Source: Thermoplasmatota archaeon (GTDB lineage Archaea > Thermoplasmatota > Penumbrarchaeia > Penumbrarchaeales > Penumbrarchaeaceae). Taken from it: a stretch of 64,000 nt of DNA. The stretch is from assembly GCA_049472215.1 (NCBI GenBank), contig JBLIRH010000001.1:43308-107307 (forward strand). Reading direction: 5' to 3'. A model generated the notes under the pieces. The model did no database searches. It worked only from the letters and a program-made list of their open reading frames with translations, and was not told the origin of the DNA. The number at the start of each line of letters is the position of its first letter. Position 1 is the first letter of the stretch. This document shows positions 59,090 through 64,000 of this stretch, piece after piece. The translations under genes and the position numbers were made by a program.

Positions 59090-60511
59090 ATGGGACGGCA
59101 TCGTGAAATCTGGATCTGGCTTTTTTTTCTCACCTTCCTATTTGTCCTGCCACTAGCATCCAGTGCATATTCGGACGACGGTCCGGTGGTCTCCTACACG
59201 ACCGAAACGCTTCTCATACGAGGTGATAATATCTCCATGCCCGAAGGGATCCATCTTGTGGGAAATGGCACGCCCGAGGACCCCTATTACATCGATTCGG
59301 TATGGATCAACAACTCCGGAGGTCCGGGAGTGGTGATAAATGGGAGTTCCCGGCATATCATACTAAGAGGATTCATCGTTACCAACAGCATCTGGGCCCG
59401 TGCTGACGGTTTCTTCATCTCGAATTCCACGAACATCACCATCGTGGATACCATGGTCCAGGGGTGCTATATCGGCCTTCATATCGATAACTCAAGCGAT
59501 ATCCAGGTTGTGGGTTCAGACCTCTCGGGGAACCGGTACGGCATACTGATGAGAAGGAGTCCGGGGATCGCTGTGACCGACTGCACTGCAAGCGGGAACC
59601 TGATAGACGGTTTCTATGTGGAACGTTCCGAGAAATGCATTATCTCCTTCTGTCAATTGATCTCGAATTCGGCAAGGATATCCAATGATGCCGCCATCAG
59701 GGTGATCAGATCCTCCCATACTATCATCCAGGGCTGCGAGATCAGAATGAATTACGGTACTGGAATATACCTCCAGGGGCCGATGCGTTTCTGCACAATA
59801 CTGGACTGCGATATCAATTACAACAACGAGGGCATGGTCCTGCAAGCCATATCGGATATCAGGGTCCAGGGTATAGAGTTCGGGATCGACATGAAGGCCA
59901 TGGAGATGCTCGATGTGGAGAACTGCTCCTTCTCCGATTGCATGGTATATCGAAATGGAGAGGGGGTGTCGATGGAAAATGTCACAGGATGCACTTTGAA
60001 GAGGTTCGAATTCATCGGATCGGGTTACGGCGTCCGCCTTACATCTTCCCATGACAATCTGCTGGTCGAGAACACCTTCACGGGATCGAAGTCCTTCGAT
60101 ATGATGATCGGAAGTCCCGAAGATCCTTCTTTATCATCGGATGGGAACCGGATCTTTAGCAACCTGTTCCAAAAAGATGCAAAGAACCTGCCCTCGGTCC
60201 ATGATAACGGTAATGACAACCTGTGGCACCATCAGGGGCAGGGAAACACATGGTCGGGGTGGGAGTGGGACGACAAGGATGGTGACCTGATAGCCGATTC
60301 ACCATTCGAGATAAACGGCACTGCAGGGTCAAAAGATATGTTCCCCACCTCAGACCTTGCCCCGAGAATGATCGACGGGACCAATGAGGTTATCGATACG
60401 TCGGAAAATGGAGAGGAAGGTTACTACTGGTATATTTTCATCGGAGTCCTGGTGATCTTCACCCTGCTTTCCGTGATCGTCTTGTTGAAGAAGGATAGAA
60501 GCAATGGCTGA
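59090..60511 (+). CDS. NosD/parallel beta-helix surface protein
   Basis: GNGTPEDPYYI, beta-helix repeats, GNTW..DGD..D.P, C-terminal TM. Confidence 0.85.
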   Translation: MGRHREIWIWLFFLTFLFVLPLASSAYSDDGPVVSYTTETLLIRGDNISMPEGIHLVGNGTPEDPYYIDSVWINNSGGPGVVINGSSRHIILRGFIVTNSIWARADGFFISNSTNITIVDTMVQGCYIGLHIDNSSDIQVVGSDLSGNRYGILMRRSPGIAVTDCTASGNLIDGFYVERSEKCIISFCQLISNSARISNDAAIRVIRSSHTIIQGCEIRMNYGTGIYLQGPMRFCTILDCDINYNNEGMVLQAISDIRVQGIEFGIDMKAMEMLDVENCSFSDCMVYRNGEGVSMENVTGCTLKRFEFIGSGYGVRLTSSHDNLLVENTFTGSKSFDMMIGSPEDPSLSSDGNRIFSNLFQKDAKNLPSVHDNGNDNLWHHQGQGNTWSGWEWDDKDGDLIADSPFEINGTAGSKDMFPTSDLAPRMIDGTNEVIDTSENGEEGYYWYIFIGVLVIFTLLSVIVLLKKDRSNG

Positions 60512-60514
60512 TCC

Positions 60515-61210
60515 TCAGATGATCTTTCCAGTGCTTGTCACCGTGATCCTTGTCCCGTCGATGTTGTAAGTCAGCTCGATGCTCTTTTGCTCGAGTGAGA
60601 ACTTGTTCACGACTATGGTATGGTAGATCCCGTCGATTATCCGGATCGACCTGAGCTCTATGATGCCGTCGAACTTGTCTATGACCGACTGCATCTCCCT
60701 GTCGTCAAGGATATCTGCCATTAGGAATACGACCACTATGCCTTTTTTCATGGCGATGTCCCTGATCATTATTATGAAATCACCGGTGTCGCTGATACCG
60801 AACTTCTCGATGAAGAAGGTCAGGGGATTGATCAGAACCCTGTTTACCTTGTTCTCATCGAGCTCCCTCATATGCTCGATGATCCTTGCCGGAACGGCGT
60901 TGATGAAGAACTTCGAATATTCCGGACATGCATCTATGAAATCCAAGCCGGAAAGGAGCTTTGGATCTACGTTCTCATGCATGAGCTCCAGTATCTCATC
61001 GCTGGAGGCCTCGACATCATAGAAAGCGACGTCTTCGCCCTTCTCCAATCCGTCAAGGACGAACCTGTAACCGAACAGGTCCTTTCTCGAGCTCGGGTCG
61101 CCCACATAGAGGATGATGGTACCTTTCCTGAAGCCACCCTTATGGAGTGATTCATCAAGTGCCGTGATACCGCTCGAGACAGTGCCTTTGTGCCCCTTGA
61201 TGGATGCCAT
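60515..61210 (-). CDS. KaiC/RAD55-like RecA-superfamily protein with degenerate Walker motifs
   Basis: SSGITALDESL..GF, GDPSSRKD (Walker A variant), RVLINPL (Walker B variant), FDGIIEL. Confidence 0.78.
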   Translation of the reverse strand: MASIKGHKGTVSSGITALDESLHKGGFRKGTIILYVGDPSSRKDLFGYRFVLDGLEKGEDVAFYDVEASSDEILELMHENVDPKLLSGLDFIDACPEYSKFFINAVPARIIEHMRELDENKVNRVLINPLTFFIEKFGISDTGDFIIMIRDIAMKKGIVVVFLMADILDDREMQSVIDKFDGIIELRSIRIIDGIYHTIVVNKFSLEQKSIELTYNIDGTRITVTSTGKII

Positions 61211-61294
61211 AGCGAAGTGAACCGTTCATTTCTATTTAGCTTTACTCAGACAATTATGTTTTTATGAAATGAGTTTGTTCCTTCCACGAGTGCG

Positions 61295-62122
61295 ATGATC
61301 GACCAGGATATCCTGTTCAGGGGAGGCCTCATGCTGGCCGTTCTTTTTCTTGCCGGCATTTTCGGAGCTTCCCTGGGAGAAAGGATGGAAGTGGATCCCA
61401 AGGAACAAGCAGAGGACATCATCCTTGAGCTGGCGTCCATCGTGTCAACCCTTCACCAGATGGAGCCTGGCTCGTCATTGGAAGTGTGCTTCGGTGATCC
61501 GTCCGGGGCTGACAGACATTCACTCGTCCTCCCCTCAAGGATCGGCGGGGACCATTACGAGATACATCTCATGCCTGGTCTATTGATGATAAAGTCCCCC
61601 GCCTTTATGGCCTCTTTTGAATTGGGCGCCTGGTTCGTGCCTTCATTACCACCCCTTGTTGCAGCCCTCGGCCCACCTTCGATATACCGCGATATATCCG
61701 TCATGGCTGGCGGGTATGTCGTCAGCACTCCTGTCGATGTGGTGATCGTCTATCCGGCATTTTGCAGGGAAGGCGAGGTCTTCATCTTTCCCGAGGACCT
61801 GACGGAGCCTCCGATCCCACAGGGTGTCCAGGACCTTGTAGACCTTATTGAGGATAGCGGTGAGCTAACACCCGGTTGGAATTTGGAGGCAACGGTGGAA
61901 TGCAGTGACATCCTCGCTTATGACCATCCTAAGGTACTGATCAGAACTCTTTCTCCATCGATCGCTGCAGGGTCATGTCCGTGCCCGATACTGCTTCCGG
62001 ATGGTTTCGAGATGGGACCTGAAATCCTGTCCAGATCCAACGGCTCCATCAGGTTCTACAAGGAAGTGGTGATCGGAAAGAACGGGATCATGTCGATAGA
62101 GGTCGGTTCGGAGCTTGTCTGA
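61295..62122 (+). CDS. Hypothetical N-terminally anchored, pilin-accessory-like protein
   Basis: N-terminal hydrophobic helix, amphipathic helix, LPSRIGGDHYEI motif. Confidence 0.55.
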   Translation: MIDQDILFRGGLMLAVLFLAGIFGASLGERMEVDPKEQAEDIILELASIVSTLHQMEPGSSLEVCFGDPSGADRHSLVLPSRIGGDHYEIHLMPGLLMIKSPAFMASFELGAWFVPSLPPLVAALGPPSIYRDISVMAGGYVVSTPVDVVIVYPAFCREGEVFIFPEDLTEPPIPQGVQDLVDLIEDSGELTPGWNLEATVECSDILAYDHPKVLIRTLSPSIAAGSCPCPILLPDGFEMGPEILSRSNGSIRFYKEVVIGKNGIMSIEVGSELV

Positions 62123-62125
62123 TGT

Positions 62126-62995
62126 TCATATCCGTCCCTTGGCCCGCAGGTCATCGAAATACCTCGACACCTTCGGCTTCAGTTCAGGGTTTAAAAGTGC
62201 AACCTCAAGGTTCGCCTTGAGCCAGTCGGATGTGGAACCGATGTCGACCCTCTGTCCCTGGACCAGCACGCCGTAGAGCCCTTTGGTATGGATGTATCTT
62301 GCCAGGGAATCTGTAAGCTGGAGTTCACCTCCCGCTCCTTTCTTCGATTCCTTCAGCCATGCGAAGATGTGCGGGTCGAGTATGTACCTGCCGATTATGG
62401 CCATTCGCGAGGGTGCATCCTTGATCTTTGGCTTCTCCACCACGTTCTTCAGTTTGAAAAGACCAGGCCCTATCTCCTCGCCGGGATCGACTATGCCGTA
62501 CCTTTCCACATGGTCCTCCGGGACGACCTCCAGGCCTATGACCGGAGCTCTTACCTTCAGATGGGCTTCCCATAGCTGCTTTATAGCAGGAACCTCCGAC
62601 ACGATTATATCGTCCCCGAGGAGTACCGAGAAGGGTTCGTTGTTTACGTAATTCTCCGCACAGAGAACCGCATCTCCGAGACCTTTCTGCTCTTTCTGCC
62701 GGATGTAGAACAGGTCTGCCAACTGTTCGATCCCTTCGAGTTCTGCAAGTGCCTTGGTAGCACCCTTTTTCTTCAGGGCAAGCTCGAGTTCGATGTTGCG
62801 ATCGAAATGGTCCTCCATAACCTTCTTATTGCGGTTGGTTATGATGAGTATCTGGTCGAATCCTGAGAAAGAAGCCTCTTCGACAACATACTGGATGGCC
62901 GGCTTGTTGAGAATGGGCAACATTTCCTTCGGTTGGACCTTGGTCATCGGAAGGAGCCTGGTTCCGAGACCTGCTGCTGGGATGACCGCTTTCAT
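62126..62995 (-). CDS. galU: UTP--glucose-1-phosphate uridylyltransferase
   Basis: KAVIPAAGLGTRLLP.TK..PKEMLP, RQKEQKGLG, LGDD, VEKP, GELQLTD. Confidence 0.95.
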   Translation of the reverse strand: MKAVIPAAGLGTRLLPMTKVQPKEMLPILNKPAIQYVVEEASFSGFDQILIITNRNKKVMEDHFDRNIELELALKKKGATKALAELEGIEQLADLFYIRQKEQKGLGDAVLCAENYVNNEPFSVLLGDDIIVSEVPAIKQLWEAHLKVRAPVIGLEVVPEDHVERYGIVDPGEEIGPGLFKLKNVVEKPKIKDAPSRMAIIGRYILDPHIFAWLKESKKGAGGELQLTDSLARYIHTKGLYGVLVQGQRVDIGSTSDWLKANLEVALLNPELKPKVSRYFDDLRAKGRI

Positions 62996-63053
62996 CGTAT
63001 TGCACCTTTCCCTTCCAATGAGTTCGATATATTAACATTTTCTTTCCCATGGA

Positions 63054-63998
63054 TCACATGAGATGAGCGGACCCGCCAGAGTGCCCGATCCTCTTCATGA
63101 AATGTCCTGCCCACCTCTCCTCCATCAGGGCAAGTATGACAAAGGAACCGTTCTCGAACACCTCGCTTTTTATGATGGCATGCTTCCTCAAGGATGCTAC
63201 GATCTCATCACTCCCTCTGGAGACCGGGATCCTCAGGGTCACTTCCATAAGTGGGGGTAGAAGCTCCTCTACGACCTCGATCAGATCATCGATACCCGTT
63301 CCGTTCAGAGCAGAGATCGGTACCGTTCGCTTCACCATCCTCCTTTGCGGCCCCGTCAACCGCTCATCGATCAACGAGGACCATTCCTCTTCGGACAAGG
63401 GATCCAAGAGAAGGTCGATCTTGTTGACAACCAGGACTATATTCCCAACTGTCCCCCCCTTTCTGAGTATGTCCAGGGAATCCCCTAGCTTTCCAGTGAT
63501 CGTTTCGACAGGTTCCGAGCCGTCTATCACGAGCAGAACGACATCCGCTTCAAATATCTCCTCCAGGGTGGACATGAAACCTTCTATAAGCCAGGGAGGT
63601 AGGTCTCGAATGAATCCAACGGTGTCCGAAACCAGGCACCCCCTCTTCCCCTTCATACGCCTGGTAGTTGTGGCGATAGTCGTGAACATTTCTCCACCGA
63701 CCTCCGATGTCCGATCATCATTGGACGGGCCGATGATCCCGTTGAAAAGTGAGGATTTTCCTGCGTTCGTGTATCCGGCGATCGATACGAGGTGCGCTCC
63801 CTTTCTCCTTCTCAATGCCCTTTTATGCCCCCTTCGGGTTCTCTCCCCTTCCAGCTTCCGCTTCAGGGAGGCCATCCTCCTCTTGATCATATCATGGTAG
63901 TAGTTGACAGCGTATTCACCGCCCGCCATGAAACCCGGTCTCTCGGTAAGGGTTCCCTGATGGATGTATTCCTTCAGGACGGGAAGCTGATACCTCAG
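63054..63998 (-). CDS. hflX: GTPase HflX, 5' end truncated by the window edge
   Basis: Frame open to the window end (LRYQLP...PGFMAGGEY); GYTNAGKSS, FTT..TTTR, DTVGF, NKID. Confidence 0.93.
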   Translation of the reverse strand: MRYQLPVLKEYIHQGTLTERPGFMAGGEYAVNYYHDMIKRRMASLKRKLEGERTRRGHKRALRRRKGAHLVSIAGYTNAGKSSLFNGIIGPSNDDRTSEVGGEMFTTIATTTRRMKGKRGCLVSDTVGFIRDLPPWLIEGFMSTLEEIFEADVVLLVIDGSEPVETITGKLGDSLDILRKGGTVGNIVLVVNKIDLLLDPLSEEEWSSLIDERLTGPQRRMVKRTVPISALNGTGIDDLIEVVEELLPPLMEVTLRIPVSRGSDEIVASLRKHAIIKSEVFENGSFVILALMEERWAGHFMKRIGHSGGSAHLM

Positions 63999-64000
63999 GT

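Overview
Gene-dense archaeal chromosomal window. GGGP synthase, topoisomerase VI A/B, Dph5, Hef, archaeal HflX and a box C/D sRNA show it is archaeal; the signal peptidase style and NosD surface proteins suggest Thermoplasmatota (inference). It holds about 50 CDSs: housekeeping and repair genes, a double MacB/FtsX ABC exporter operon with a hidden 44-aa membrane ORF, four large surface proteins, a pilin-like operon and two toxin-antitoxin pairs. The most interesting candidate system is a glutamate/nitrogen-control locus. Two different glutamate dehydrogenases flank a GNAT acetyltransferase-deacetylase fusion, next to a stand-alone glutamate-synthase FMN domain, a NifX-like protein and an Lrp regulator, and gdhA has a structured leader. 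About 11 kb upstream lies a receiver-receiver-ATP-grasp-phosphohistidine 'dikinase' with no pyruvate-binding domain, which may be a signalling kinase. I also found an unannotated box C/D sRNA with its own TATA box and terminator, and several operator-like repeats. No CRISPR array, tRNA, rRNA or transposase was seen. All calls come from motif recognition by eye, with no database searches.
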